This document shows, piece by piece, positions 49,466 through 59,374 of a stretch of 64,000 nucleotides of DNA. The notes beneath the pieces are model-generated. The model worked only from the letters and a program-made list of their open reading frames with translations. It was not told the DNA's origin and ran no database searches. The stretch's first letter is position 1. The number at the start of each line of letters is the position of its first letter. The stretch is from Aulosira sp. ZfuVER01. GTDB lineage: Bacteria; Cyanobacteriota; Cyanobacteriia; Cyanobacteriales; Nostocaceae. Where the stretch lies: the NCBI GenBank assembly GCA_034530615.2, contig JAVRCV020000052.1, positions 64,001-128,000 on the forward strand, written 5' to 3'. A program made the translations under genes and the position numbers.

Positions 49466-49709
49466 ATTACTTTATTCCTTTTTCAACATACCCTTAGCAA
49501 TTTTAAGATTCAGGGGACTAATGGTAAATAGGTTGGAAAAATACCTTATATGCTGTAATATTTTAGACTTTCAGTACTTTTTTAACATATAGATTCTAGA
49601 TGAGCCTAAGCGAACATACGCTTATATGGATGTGTTAGTTGCACAAATGGACGAAAAAGCATCTCGTGCGCCTAACACACCTCCTTTAATTGAATGTTTT
49701 ACTCAATTT

Positions 49710-50462
49710 TTAGTCAATCTTGCAGTGTCCAGCAAAAATAAAATGTGTGTCTCGGTTAGCTTTAGTTTTGTCAGGCCACTTCACCCAATAATGGTGTTCT
49801 TCAAAACGAGCATCTAAAACTGGGTACTTTCCTGGAGCAATCTCAACTAAAGACTCTTTAGGTAGATCTGATGATTGCTCTGTAGATGGTTTTAAAATAG
49901 TTGGTGTTGTAATCTCCAAAACGCGATCTTTATCAGCTTTGACTGGTTCTTCTTTTGATTCACCAATTAATCCATCTTTGATGGCTTCAGCCATTTTTTC
50001 AGCATCAAAGATATCCATATCTGTTTGAGAGTCACAAAAGCAACACTCAATTAAAATAGCTGGCATATTTGTATTTTTCAAAACAAATAAACCTGTATTT
50101 TTAACACCTCTATTATTAAATCCAAGTTTCACAATCTCTTTGAGAACTGATTGAGCTATTCCTTTAGAAGCGTTACTAATAGCGAAAACTTCTGTACCAT
50201 TAACTTTACCGTTGAATGCATTAAAATGAATAGAAACAAAAATATTTACATTATTTGCATTCGCTTTATTTGCTCTTTGAAGCAGAGAATTTGTAACACT
50301 ACTAGCTGTTTGAGGAGTACAATCAATAACAGTATGACCAGCTGCTTTTAATTTTTGCATTAGCAGCGTACCGACTTCTTTAGTTAAAATATCTTCTTTC
50401 TTGACGCCTAATGCTCCTGTGTCAGGAGGGCAATTGTGCCCCATATCAATACCAAATTTCAT
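49710..50462 (-). CDS. N-acetylmuramoyl-L-alanine amidase (Amidase_3) with short C-terminal domain
   Basis: IDMGH, SIHFNA, MPAILIEC. Confidence 0.92.
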   Translation of the reverse strand: MKFGIDMGHNCPPDTGALGVKKEDILTKEVGTLLMQKLKAAGHTVIDCTPQTASSVTNSLLQRANKANANNVNIFVSIHFNAFNGKVNGTEVFAISNASKGIAQSVLKEIVKLGFNNRGVKNTGLFVLKNTNMPAILIECCFCDSQTDMDIFDAEKMAEAIKDGLIGESKEEPVKADKDRVLEITTPTILKPSTEQSSDLPKESLVEIAPGKYPVLDARFEEHHYWVKWPDKTKANRDTHFIFAGHCKID

Positions 50463-50655
50463 AACTGATCTCCTGGTGATTCGCTGGGAAAGAAATTTAT
50501 CTGTACGGACAATTCCATATAGTAATCTAAGAGCGATCGCCTTGTCGGTGAGAAAAAGTGAGTAATTACTGTAAAAAAATGTAAAGGTTAACGTAATCTG
50601 CTCTTGAACAAGTGAAATCTCACAAAGTTCAACTATATAGAGAAGCTGATTGAAA

Positions 50656-50988
50656 ATGAAAGCACAAGAGGCCCTAAACCTAGTTGATATTCTCTTATGC
50701 TCTACTCAGTTTGGGCAAAAGCTCAATGACACTCAATCTGCGGTGTTTGTAGAAAGTTGGCTGGGACGCACTTATGCAGAAATTGCCAAGCAGTTGAGTT
50801 ATGAACACGACTATATTAAACAAGTTGGTTCTCAGTTGTGGCGATCGCTGTCTTTAGCCGTTGGGGAAGAAGTATCTAAAAAAAATATTCAAGCTGTTTT
50901 GCGCCGCTATCAACATTCACAAGGCAGCAAACAGCTATCTTCAGTCAAGAATGCCCAAGAATGGCAAGAAATAGTTGTTATTTCCTAA
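50656..50988 (+). CDS. Stand-alone HTH protein resembling the N-terminus of cyanobacterial NB-ARC/STAND proteins
   Basis: LNDTQ..W.GRTYAEIA..YIKQVGSQLWRSLS..GEEVSKKN. Confidence 0.7.
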   Translation: MKAQEALNLVDILLCSTQFGQKLNDTQSAVFVESWLGRTYAEIAKQLSYEHDYIKQVGSQLWRSLSLAVGEEVSKKNIQAVLRRYQHSQGSKQLSSVKNAQEWQEIVVIS

Positions 50989-51050
50989 TTTTACGTGCAG
51001 CAAACTCTAGCAACTGAGATTGCTGCTCAAGCAAAGCATTAAATCTTGGC

Positions 51051-51635
51051 TTACAGCCAGTACTTGGGATAAACCCTCTCTTGTGCCAGATTATTGAAAA
51101 CTACGGCGCAGAGTACCAAAATTATCGAACCTTCTAGAGCAGGTGTGAACAGAAATTGCCATTGAGCTTTTGTCATCATCACAACTAATGCCACTGCTCC
51201 CGAAGGCGGGTGTAAAGTACCAGTTAGCTGCATCATCCCGATGGCTGTCGCCACCGCCATTCCCATCGCCCAAGGTTCCGATCCGAAAAGATGCAGAATA
51301 GTGAGGCTGACTAGAGCAGCTATAAAATTACCGCCAATCACATTACGAGGTTGGGCTAAAGGACTGTCAGGTATACCAAATATTAAAACGCTAGTAGCAC
51401 CAAAGGGAGCCATTAGCAAAGGAGAATTAGTTTTGACAGAGAGGTAAGCAGTTGCCGCTATTCCAATAAAACTACCAAGCCAAGACCAGAAAATATGTCT
51501 GTGATGGGGTCTATCTAGAGGGACTGAACGCTTGCTGCCGCAGAGCTTAACACAGTAATTTTTCCATTTCAAGGAAATGCTTTTGGAATTTAACTTGGGC
51601 AGATATGTGTAATTAATTCGCTCTTTGGGTAGCAT
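51051..51635 (-). CDS. HPP family membrane protein
   Basis: APFGATSVL, SPLAQPRN, HPPSGA. Confidence 0.93.
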   Translation of the reverse strand: MLPKERINYTYLPKLNSKSISLKWKNYCVKLCGSKRSVPLDRPHHRHIFWSWLGSFIGIAATAYLSVKTNSPLLMAPFGATSVLIFGIPDSPLAQPRNVIGGNFIAALVSLTILHLFGSEPWAMGMAVATAIGMMQLTGTLHPPSGAVALVVMMTKAQWQFLFTPALEGSIILVLCAVVFNNLAQERVYPKYWL

Positions 51636-52264
51636 AGTTTTTTGTAAGTCTCATCAACAACCACATCAAAAAAACAGCAACTTTAGAAAAGTTAGCTGCA
51701 CAATACTTCCCTTGTCACCCTCAAATTTAGGAATTAACAAAGGAAATTACTCCAGTTCATTGGGAAACAAATGTCTCAAGTTTGAATAAATGCTGAATCT
51801 GCAATGCAAAATCTCAGCCTCATATCTAATTGTTAGACAAGGCTTCCACTGAATAAATCAGCATTTTTAGGGCAAGATTTGTCTCCACCCATAAATGCAA
51901 ACTTAAGAACTTTGTTTAATTATTATTGAATGTCATGATTACATAACATTTTAAACTTAATATTCCTTTAAATTCGTAAAAGTAGAGTTATTAAATATAT
52001 AAAAAAGTCATCTATCTCATAAATATTGCTTATAAATGCCTAATCAGCAAGATTTGAAAGGCTTGGTAAGCTGATGTGGGCCTAGATTGTACATTTTTGT
52101 GAGACTCTCCCCGAAGTTCATGTGGTTTCTCGTTTACCGAAGACTGGTAGATCTGACCAATATCCGCAAAACTAGCCCTAATAGATTCACACTTAGATGT
52201 CGCTTGCGCCTATGTATCTTTTTCAGAGCGTCATACTGATTGATATCATTTCCAGTTGAACACT

Positions 52265-52360
52265 TGTCATTGCGACTGGAGGGAAGCAATTCCAACACCT
52301 TTGCGATTGCTTCCCTTCGGGTTCAGTAGTTGCTACCCTGCGGGAACGCTTTCAGTGAAC
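52265..52360. repeat. REP-like hairpin / dispersed repeat downstream of hemW
   Basis: TGTCATTGCGA start; AGGGAAGCAAT/ATTGCTTCCCT 11-bp stem at 52280-52316. Confidence 0.5.
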
Positions 52361-52378
52361 AAAGTTCTAACTACGAAA

Positions 52379-53563
52379 TTATTCACCCAATTCTGCAAAT
52401 AACTCTGCCAAGATGACATTAGAAAATAAAAATCCTTGGGGATCGCTTAACCGCAATCGTCCCTTGCTAACTTCTACCCAACCTTTCTGAAAATACGGCT
52501 GTAAAAACTTATCAATCTCTTCTACTTTCTCTTCCCCAAATTTTGTCGCCAACGCCGTTAAACTAACACCTTCAGCCAAACGCAATCCCAACATGAGAGT
52601 TTCTAACAAAACTTCATTTGCTGGTGTGGCTTCACAATCAATTACACACCCGGCTTCTACCCATTGGTAATACTCCTTAGTCTTACGGGGACGAGTAAAC
52701 CGTTTACCCTGCACGTAGCTGGCCGCACCCATACCAAAACCATAATAAGAACGATTTTCCCAATAAACCCGATTATGCTGACATTGATGGCCAGGTTGGG
52801 CATAGTTAGAGATTTCATAATGCTCGTAACCCTCACCAGTCAAAACTTGCTGTGCCATCTGGTACATTTTGACTGTGGTTTCATCTGTGGGTAAAGGGCG
52901 ATCGCCTGGTTTGTAATAACGACCAAAAGCCGTACCCGGCTCAATGGTAAGGTCATAGATAGAGATGTGAGTTGGAGATAACCCCACAGCTTTTGTTAGA
53001 GAATCCTGCCAACGATCCAAAGACTGATGCGGTAAACCAGAAATCAAATCTAAACTGAATTCGGGTATCTCGACTTTGCGGACTAATTCCACAGATGCAA
53101 GAATATCTGCAATTGAGTGCGATCGCCCAGCAACTTTGAGTAACTCTTCTTGAAAAGCCTGTACACCCAAACTTACCCTATTCACCCCTAGACTGCGGTA
53201 GCCTGCTATATGTGCTAAATCAAACGTGCCAGGGTCCATTTCCATTGAAATCTCTGCTCCTGGTACAATACCAAAACGCCTTTCTAGTGCTTCTAGTATC
53301 TGTTGTAACTGCTCTATTGAGAGTAGCGAAGGAGTTCCGCCACCGAAAAAAATTGTTTTTAAGGGTTGACCAAATATCGGTGTAGTGCTGATTTCTTGAG
53401 TTAGCAGTTCCACATACTGGGAGATAGTACCAGATGTTTCACCACGCAAGCGATCGCCCACAACAGATATTGGAAAATCACAATAAAAGCACCTACGTCT
53501 GCAAAATGGAATATGCACATAAGCAGAACTGGGAACGCTATAAAAATTAACCTTTTTATTCAT
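52379..53563 (-). CDS. hemW: Radical SAM heme chaperone
   Basis: YVHIPFCRRRCFYCDF, GGGTPS, YEISN, HNRVYW. Confidence 0.93.
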   Translation of the reverse strand: MNKKVNFYSVPSSAYVHIPFCRRRCFYCDFPISVVGDRLRGETSGTISQYVELLTQEISTTPIFGQPLKTIFFGGGTPSLLSIEQLQQILEALERRFGIVPGAEISMEMDPGTFDLAHIAGYRSLGVNRVSLGVQAFQEELLKVAGRSHSIADILASVELVRKVEIPEFSLDLISGLPHQSLDRWQDSLTKAVGLSPTHISIYDLTIEPGTAFGRYYKPGDRPLPTDETTVKMYQMAQQVLTGEGYEHYEISNYAQPGHQCQHNRVYWENRSYYGFGMGAASYVQGKRFTRPRKTKEYYQWVEAGCVIDCEATPANEVLLETLMLGLRLAEGVSLTALATKFGEEKVEEIDKFLQPYFQKGWVEVSKGRLRLSDPQGFLFSNVILAELFAELGE

Positions 53564-53816
53564 TGTGAGAAATAATAAAATTAATCATCCTGAGAATTAA
53601 AAACAATAAAAATTTAGTAGTTTATTTAAGGGTTTTATCGTTTTACAACAAAACAATGAAAAATATAAAGTTAAAACTATTTGGTTATAATATTTGCAGA
53701 TATTGCCTGCTTAAACCCCTAGAGTTAAGTAAACATTTATCAATCTGTTTTGCCGATGAAATAAAAAATACTTAAACTCTTTCGGTTAATACCAGTTGCA
53801 GGAAAACAAAAAAACC

Positions 53817-54893
53817 ATGCTGGATGCAATTATTATTCTCTCATTTATCCTAGCAGCAGCGGGAATAGGGTTCTATAGCATTGAACTACTACCCAATGGC
53901 TCGCTAGATCGGGTGACAAACCTAGAAGCTTTACGCTTAGTTGTTGCCGTCTTTGCCGCCATTATTGGCGGTGCAGTTGGGCTGAGTTTCCAAACGACAT
54001 ATCGTCGCTTAGAAGCACAAGTCAGAGAAATGCCTCTGGAAATGATCTTAACGCGGGCGATCGGTTTGGTGATTGGACTATTGTTAGCCAACTTGATGCT
54101 AGCCCCGCTATTTTTGCTACCTATTCCGCCCGATTTTAGTTTTATTAAGCCCTTAGTGGCAGTTGTCGGCAGTATTATACTAGCCGTCACTGGTATGAAT
54201 TTGGCTGACACCCACGGGCGAGGTTTATTGCGATTCATTAATCCCAACACCGTAGAAACAATGGTAGCGGAAGGGACTCTCAAACCTGCCAATACTAAAG
54301 TGTTAGATACTAGCTGTATTATTGATGGTCGCATTGAAACACTTTTAGAAACCGGCTTTCTAGAAGGGCAAATTATCGTACCGCAGTTTGTCTTACAAGA
54401 ATTGCAACAAGTAGCCGATGCTAGTAAAGACCAAAAGCGGGTGCGGGGAAGGCGAGGACTAGAAATTCTCAACCGCATTAAAGAAGCTTATCCCGATCGC
54501 ATTCTCATCAACCCATCTGACTACGAAGATATTCCCACAGTAGATGCCAAGTTAGTGCGATTCGCGCAAGAAATCAACGGTACGCTGCTAACTAACGACT
54601 ACAATCTATCAAAAGTTGCTAGCGTGCAGAAAGTACCAGTCTTGAATGTCAATGATTTAGTTAACGCTGTACGTCCCACCTATTTACCTGGTGATAACCT
54701 TGATTTGAAGATTCTCAAAGAAGGTAAAGAACCCAGTCAGGGAATTGGCTACCTAGATGATGGCACAATGGTTGTCGTGGAAGAAGGTAGCAGTTATGTA
54801 GGTGGTGAATTGCGAGTGGTAGTCACCAGTGCTTTACAAACCTCCGCAGGACGCATGATTTTTGCTAAACCACAGGCTTCAGCATTGGCATAA
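53817..54893 (+). CDS. PIN/TRAM domain membrane protein (YacL-like)
   Basis: LDTSCIIDGRI, RGRRGL, TNDYNL, GYLDDGTMVVVE, QTSAGRMIF. Confidence 0.93.
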   Translation: MLDAIIILSFILAAAGIGFYSIELLPNGSLDRVTNLEALRLVVAVFAAIIGGAVGLSFQTTYRRLEAQVREMPLEMILTRAIGLVIGLLLANLMLAPLFLLPIPPDFSFIKPLVAVVGSIILAVTGMNLADTHGRGLLRFINPNTVETMVAEGTLKPANTKVLDTSCIIDGRIETLLETGFLEGQIIVPQFVLQELQQVADASKDQKRVRGRRGLEILNRIKEAYPDRILINPSDYEDIPTVDAKLVRFAQEINGTLLTNDYNLSKVASVQKVPVLNVNDLVNAVRPTYLPGDNLDLKILKEGKEPSQGIGYLDDGTMVVVEEGSSYVGGELRVVVTSALQTSAGRMIFAKPQASALA

Positions 54894-54927
54894 GACAATA
54901 GAATGTTTACTTCAAGTGAATTTAGCG

Positions 54928-54952
54928 ATCGGTGTAGGTTAACTGCACCGAT
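54928..54952. terminator. Hairpin between convergent genes
   Basis: ATCGGTGTAG-GTTAA-CTGCACCGAT. Confidence 0.55.
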
Positions 54953-54998
54953 TGTTTATTATATTCATGAGACTAACTTAATCAAGAAAGAATGAACT

Positions 54999-55817
54999 CT
55001 ATTGTTTATCGTTGCTCCCTAATTCCGCCTGTAAATTCTCTAACCGATCTGTTGATAAGCCGGTAACATTTGCTATTTGTTCTAATGGCATACCAGTATT
55101 AATTAGATTTCTCGCCACTTCAAGTAAAGCCTCAGCCTTACCTTCGGCTTTACCCTCAGCTTTACCTTCGGCTTTACCTTCTGCCTTACCCTCTTCTAGA
55201 ATATCTTGATAAATTACTGATTCACGCATAATATCTGACCTCAAAACTCGTTTTATCACCTCTTTATCTAATACTAAACCAGCTAAAACTGCTGTAGCAG
55301 CAGCAATATTACTTTGAGCTTTCAATTCCGTTATGCTGTTAATTTGTTGTGCGACATCATTAAGCACTACTTCTGGTTCAATTGTACTGCTTAATGCTGC
55401 AAAGGGTAACAGTCCAGGCGTTCTTATAAATACTTCAGTCGGTTGTTCCCAAAGTCTGATAACTGTAAATTCATGGCGCGTCTTAGGAATTGAAAATGTA
55501 TTTTGTTGCACCAAATCTGAGTTTGTCTGTTTGAGATAGATTACGACTTGATGCATTGCTTTTTTTGGGAATCGGCGATAAACGCGAACCCGATAATCTA
55601 GCATCCGAAAAGGGATTTCAGCATCAATTTGGGTTTGAAATTCTAGATGCAGTATATTTTGTGCTGACTGTAGCAAAATCAGCGCATCAGCACGAATCGG
55701 TTCAAGGGATAATTCTTGAGGACTCAGTTCCGTTAAAGTGATGGGTTCACCTAACAACCACGTAGCGAAGTCTGAGGAGAAATTTTCAGCGAGGAATTTG
55801 CAAATGTTGTCAAACAT
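54999..55817 (-). CDS. Rpn family (PD-(D/E)XK-like) protein
   Basis: FDNICKFL, RADAL, HLEFQT, RMLDY, MRESVIYQ, (EGKA)5, HTH-like tail. Confidence 0.9.
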   Translation of the reverse strand: MFDNICKFLAENFSSDFATWLLGEPITLTELSPQELSLEPIRADALILLQSAQNILHLEFQTQIDAEIPFRMLDYRVRVYRRFPKKAMHQVVIYLKQTNSDLVQQNTFSIPKTRHEFTVIRLWEQPTEVFIRTPGLLPFAALSSTIEPEVVLNDVAQQINSITELKAQSNIAAATAVLAGLVLDKEVIKRVLRSDIMRESVIYQDILEEGKAEGKAEGKAEGKAEGKAEALLEVARNLINTGMPLEQIANVTGLSTDRLENLQAELGSNDKQ

Positions 55818-55866
55818 ATTGCAATTTTAGCAATTAGTGCGTACATGCTGTATTTGTATAAGAAGA

Positions 55867-56055
55867 ATGCCAAGTAAAATTCGAGTTAAATTATGCGATA
55901 GCTGTAGTCAATCTGCATCAATTTTGTACAGAGTGAAATATGAAGAAGGCGGTAAATGGATATTTGTTTGTCCTGAATGTTGGAATTTAGTAAGTGAAAA
56001 CAACCCGTTTTATGTTTACGGAGGAACCTGGAAAGCTCAAAAAAATAGAAGGTGA
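55867..56055 (+). CDS. Small CxxC/CxxC protein
   Basis: 62 aa; CDSC, CPEC, YGGTWK. Confidence 0.65.
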   Translation: MPSKIRVKLCDSCSQSASILYRVKYEEGGKWIFVCPECWNLVSENNPFYVYGGTWKAQKNRR

Positions 56056-56056
56056 A

Positions 56057-56443
56057 TTAATGCTCATAAATCTCTAATGGCAAGTTATCTGGGTCTTTGA
56101 AGAAAGTAAACTTCTTGCCTGTAATTTCATCGATTCTGATATTTTCTACTTCTATACCTTGCGATTGTAAATCAATAACAGTTTGCTCAATATCATCAAC
56201 GGCAAATGCAAGATGTCTTAAACCACAAGCTTCTGGCGTACTAGGTCTTTGTGGAGGATTGGGAAAAGAAAATAACTCAATTTGGCTATTTTCGCCAACT
56301 CGTAAATCTAATTTATAAGAATTTCTGTGAGCGCGGAAAGTTTCGTGAATAATCGGAAAACCCAAAACTTCTACATAAAATTTTTTTGAGCGTTCGTAGT
56401 CAGAGCAAATGATAGCTATGTGATGAATATCATTGATTTTCAT
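56057..56443 (-). CDS. VOC/glyoxalase family (YaeR-like) protein
   Basis: HHIAIICSDY, IELFSF, GLRHLAF, DPDNLPLEIYE. Confidence 0.94.
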   Translation of the reverse strand: MKINDIHHIAIICSDYERSKKFYVEVLGFPIIHETFRAHRNSYKLDLRVGENSQIELFSFPNPPQRPSTPEACGLRHLAFAVDDIEQTVIDLQSQGIEVENIRIDEITGKKFTFFKDPDNLPLEIYEH

Positions 56444-56502
56444 AAATTACGAATTATGAATTATGAATTATAAGGGCAGGCGATCGCCCACCCTCACCTA
56501 AA

Positions 56503-57783
56503 TTAATCTTGTAAAATCGTCTTTGAGACAATTCTAGTTTTCTTGCGGTCTGCTTCCGACAGTTCTTCACCAGCTTGCAGGCGGGTGGCAGAAGTTTGTA
56601 ATACTGTGGCTGCACCTTTATCTCCTATCTGTAGGGCAGTTTTAGCGGCTGTTTGCAACATGGTTGCAGCACCAATGAGATCGCCCTGTTGTAATTTCGC
56701 TTCTGCTAACTGAGTTTGGCGATACTTGGCTAATGCTAAAATCGATTGCTGTACCTGAGGATTGGGATTTGGCTGGTAAACGCGAACCACATCTGCATAC
56801 ACAGGTGCGATCGCAGAAAGTAAGCCTTGTCTATCTACAGATGGATCGTCATAACGGATTTGCACATGGCCGATCTCTTGTCTACCTTCTGGTAAATTGC
56901 CTAGATAAATATTGACTAAAACTACCCGTTCCACATCTTGCATCAAGTCTCCCAAGCGCACAATAAAGCGTCCATCGGCTTCTTGCTGCACTGGTAACTC
57001 AATTGTATCTGGTGCTACTTGGGCAATCGGTTTGAGTTCTGCTAGCCGGACATTTGGCATTAAGGACAATAACAAGTAGGCGTTAGTTAGCCCAACAGAC
57101 TGAATCCTTCTAAATAAACGGCTAAATTCATCTACTGCTTGTTCGGGATGCTCAATATAAGCTAGAGTTCCACCACCAGCATCGGCAATTTTTTCTAGTA
57201 AATCAGAGTTCCAATTAGTCCCAAATCCCAAGGTGTTGAGAGTCAAGTTGAACTTAGTTGCTTTATGAGCAAGTTCTAGACAGCGTTTGTTGTCATCTGG
57301 CCCTAACTCCCATTTCCAAATTCGCAAGCTGCTTTCACCATGTCCATCTGTCAGCAAAAACGCCTGGGAAACAGCACCTTTTGTACCTTTCATCAATTCT
57401 GTAATTCCCAGCGCCAAACCTTCAGCAATTACCGTACCACCGCTAGCGCTAAGTTTGTTTTTAATTTGTGATTTAATGCTTTCGATGTCTTGAACTACTT
57501 GGTTGGGGATAATAACTTCTGCTGAACCAGCAAAGGCGACAACGGAAATGCGATCGCCTGGTTTTAGTCGATCGAGTAATCCTTCTACTGCTTGAATTAC
57601 GGTGTTGATTGGTTTTCCATGCATGGAACCACTCTTATCGAGAATCAAGCATAAGTTGATGGGCAAATTGCTATCAAATTCGCCAGCGATCGCAGAAATG
57701 GAAATGCCCAGTTGACGCTGGCTAGTTGCTTGCGCCACATCAACATTACTATCATTGAGTACCGACAGTAATTTTACTTTCAT
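56503..57783 (-). CDS. vWA domain protein (paralog 2)
   Basis: MIDAS DKSGS, GGT, LLTDG. Confidence 0.92.
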   Translation of the reverse strand: MKVKLLSVLNDSNVDVAQATSQRQLGISISAIAGEFDSNLPINLCLILDKSGSMHGKPINTVIQAVEGLLDRLKPGDRISVVAFAGSAEVIIPNQVVQDIESIKSQIKNKLSASGGTVIAEGLALGITELMKGTKGAVSQAFLLTDGHGESSLRIWKWELGPDDNKRCLELAHKATKFNLTLNTLGFGTNWNSDLLEKIADAGGGTLAYIEHPEQAVDEFSRLFRRIQSVGLTNAYLLLSLMPNVRLAELKPIAQVAPDTIELPVQQEADGRFIVRLGDLMQDVERVVLVNIYLGNLPEGRQEIGHVQIRYDDPSVDRQGLLSAIAPVYADVVRVYQPNPNPQVQQSILALAKYRQTQLAEAKLQQGDLIGAATMLQTAAKTALQIGDKGAATVLQTSATRLQAGEELSEADRKKTRIVSKTILQD

Positions 57784-59036
57784 TGGCGAGGAGTATCCTG
57801 CAAAACTGTTTTTGAGACAATTCTAGTTTTCTTGCGATCGCTTTCCGATAACTCTTCACCAGCTTGCAACCGAGTGGCGGAAGTTTGCAACACTGTGGCT
57901 GCGCCTGTATCTCCCATTTGTAAGGCAGTTTTCGCAGCAGTTTGTAACATTGTCGCTGCACCAGCGCGATCGCCTTGTTGCAATTTGGCTTCTGCTAACT
58001 GAGTTTGGCGATATTTAGCTAATGCCAAAATAGACTGTTGTACTTGAGTATTAGCAGCAGGTTGGTAAACTCTAGCTACATTCACATAAACTGGGACGTT
58101 GGGCGTGAATAACCCTGTCTTGTTATTAGCGGGGTCATCGTAGCGGACTTGCACATTGGCGATCGCTTGTTTACCTTCGGGCAATTGTCCCAGATAAATA
58201 TTAGCTAAAATCACCCGTTCCACATCCTTCATCAAGTCTCCCAAACGCACGGCAAAGCGTCCATCACCTTCTGGTTGCACTGGTAACTCAATCGTATCTG
58301 GAGAAACCTGGGCAATTGGCTTGAGTTCTGCTAGCCGGACATTTGGCATCAGGGAGAATAGTAAATAAGCATTAGTCAAGCCAATGGTTTGAATCCGGTT
58401 AAACAGGCGGCTAAACTCCTCCACTACCCGATCGGGGTTTTGAATATAAGACAGCGTGCCTAAACCAGCATCAGCAATTTTTTCTAAAATATCCTGATTC
58501 CAGTTGTCACCAAATCCCAAGGTATTTAAAGTCAAGTTATAGTTAGCAGCCAATTGCGCAAATTTCAAACAGCGATCGTTATCACCATGTTCATTTTCGC
58601 CATCAGTTAACAAAAAAACTTGAGAAACAGTGTCTTTTTTCCCCTTTGCTAACTCCTCAATGCCCAAACGCAAACCTTCATCAATTGCCGTCCCACCATC
58701 AGCACTCAAGCGGTTAATTTGCTTTTTGATGTGTTCTCGGTCTTCAATAACTTGATTGGGTACTAAGACTTTGGCCCGGTGATCGAAAACCACAACAGTC
58801 AGACGATCCCCTGGATTGAGTCTATCAACCAAACGATTTGCCGCTTGCTTGACAGTTTCTAGAGGTCGCCCATTCATCGAACCACTATGATCGAGAATTA
58901 AACATAAATTAAGTGGGACATTGCGATCCAAAATTTCCCCGATCGCAGAAATCGAAAGCGATAACTGACGCTGGCTGTTCGGTTGATTAGCATCTAAATT
59001 ACTATCATTCAGGACGGGCTGTAAGTTAACTTTCAT
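57780..59036 (-). CDS. vWA domain protein (paralog 1)
   Basis: MIDAS DHSGS, GGT, LLTDG; ATGA overlap with paralog 2. Confidence 0.92.
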   Translation of the reverse strand: MKVNLQPVLNDSNLDANQPNSQRQLSLSISAIGEILDRNVPLNLCLILDHSGSMNGRPLETVKQAANRLVDRLNPGDRLTVVVFDHRAKVLVPNQVIEDREHIKKQINRLSADGGTAIDEGLRLGIEELAKGKKDTVSQVFLLTDGENEHGDNDRCLKFAQLAANYNLTLNTLGFGDNWNQDILEKIADAGLGTLSYIQNPDRVVEEFSRLFNRIQTIGLTNAYLLFSLMPNVRLAELKPIAQVSPDTIELPVQPEGDGRFAVRLGDLMKDVERVILANIYLGQLPEGKQAIANVQVRYDDPANNKTGLFTPNVPVYVNVARVYQPAANTQVQQSILALAKYRQTQLAEAKLQQGDRAGAATMLQTAAKTALQMGDTGAATVLQTSATRLQAGEELSESDRKKTRIVSKTVLQDTPRQ

Positions 59037-59374
59037 AACGCAAAATTCCTAGTAAGGATATACATTTTTATAAATAACTTCAAAGCTTAACATTAGCGCT
59101 ACGGAAAACAGATACATTTAACTATCTGTCAAAAGTCTAGATTCCAAAGTCCAGAATAATTAATCTTGACCACTGACCATTGACCACTGACTCTTAACGA
59201 AAAAATATGCAACTTAAAATCGCAGTAGCTTATATTCAAGAATATCTTAGAAGCTAAGGATTGGCAGATGTTCAGCCCCCTGAACCATTAGCCAGAAATC
59301 CACACCTTGAAGATAGCTAGCATCGCGCTAGTATGTATTACAGTTAACGGCATAATTTCAGGCGATCAGTTGCT

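Noticed and set aside
53873..54478. 201-aa antisense ORF and similar shadow ORFs elsewhere
   Set aside because: Lie wholly opposite well-supported genes and carry no motifs
55130..55195. 12-bp tandem repeats as a CRISPR-like array
   Set aside because: Coding EGKA repeat typical of Rpn-family tails; no spacers
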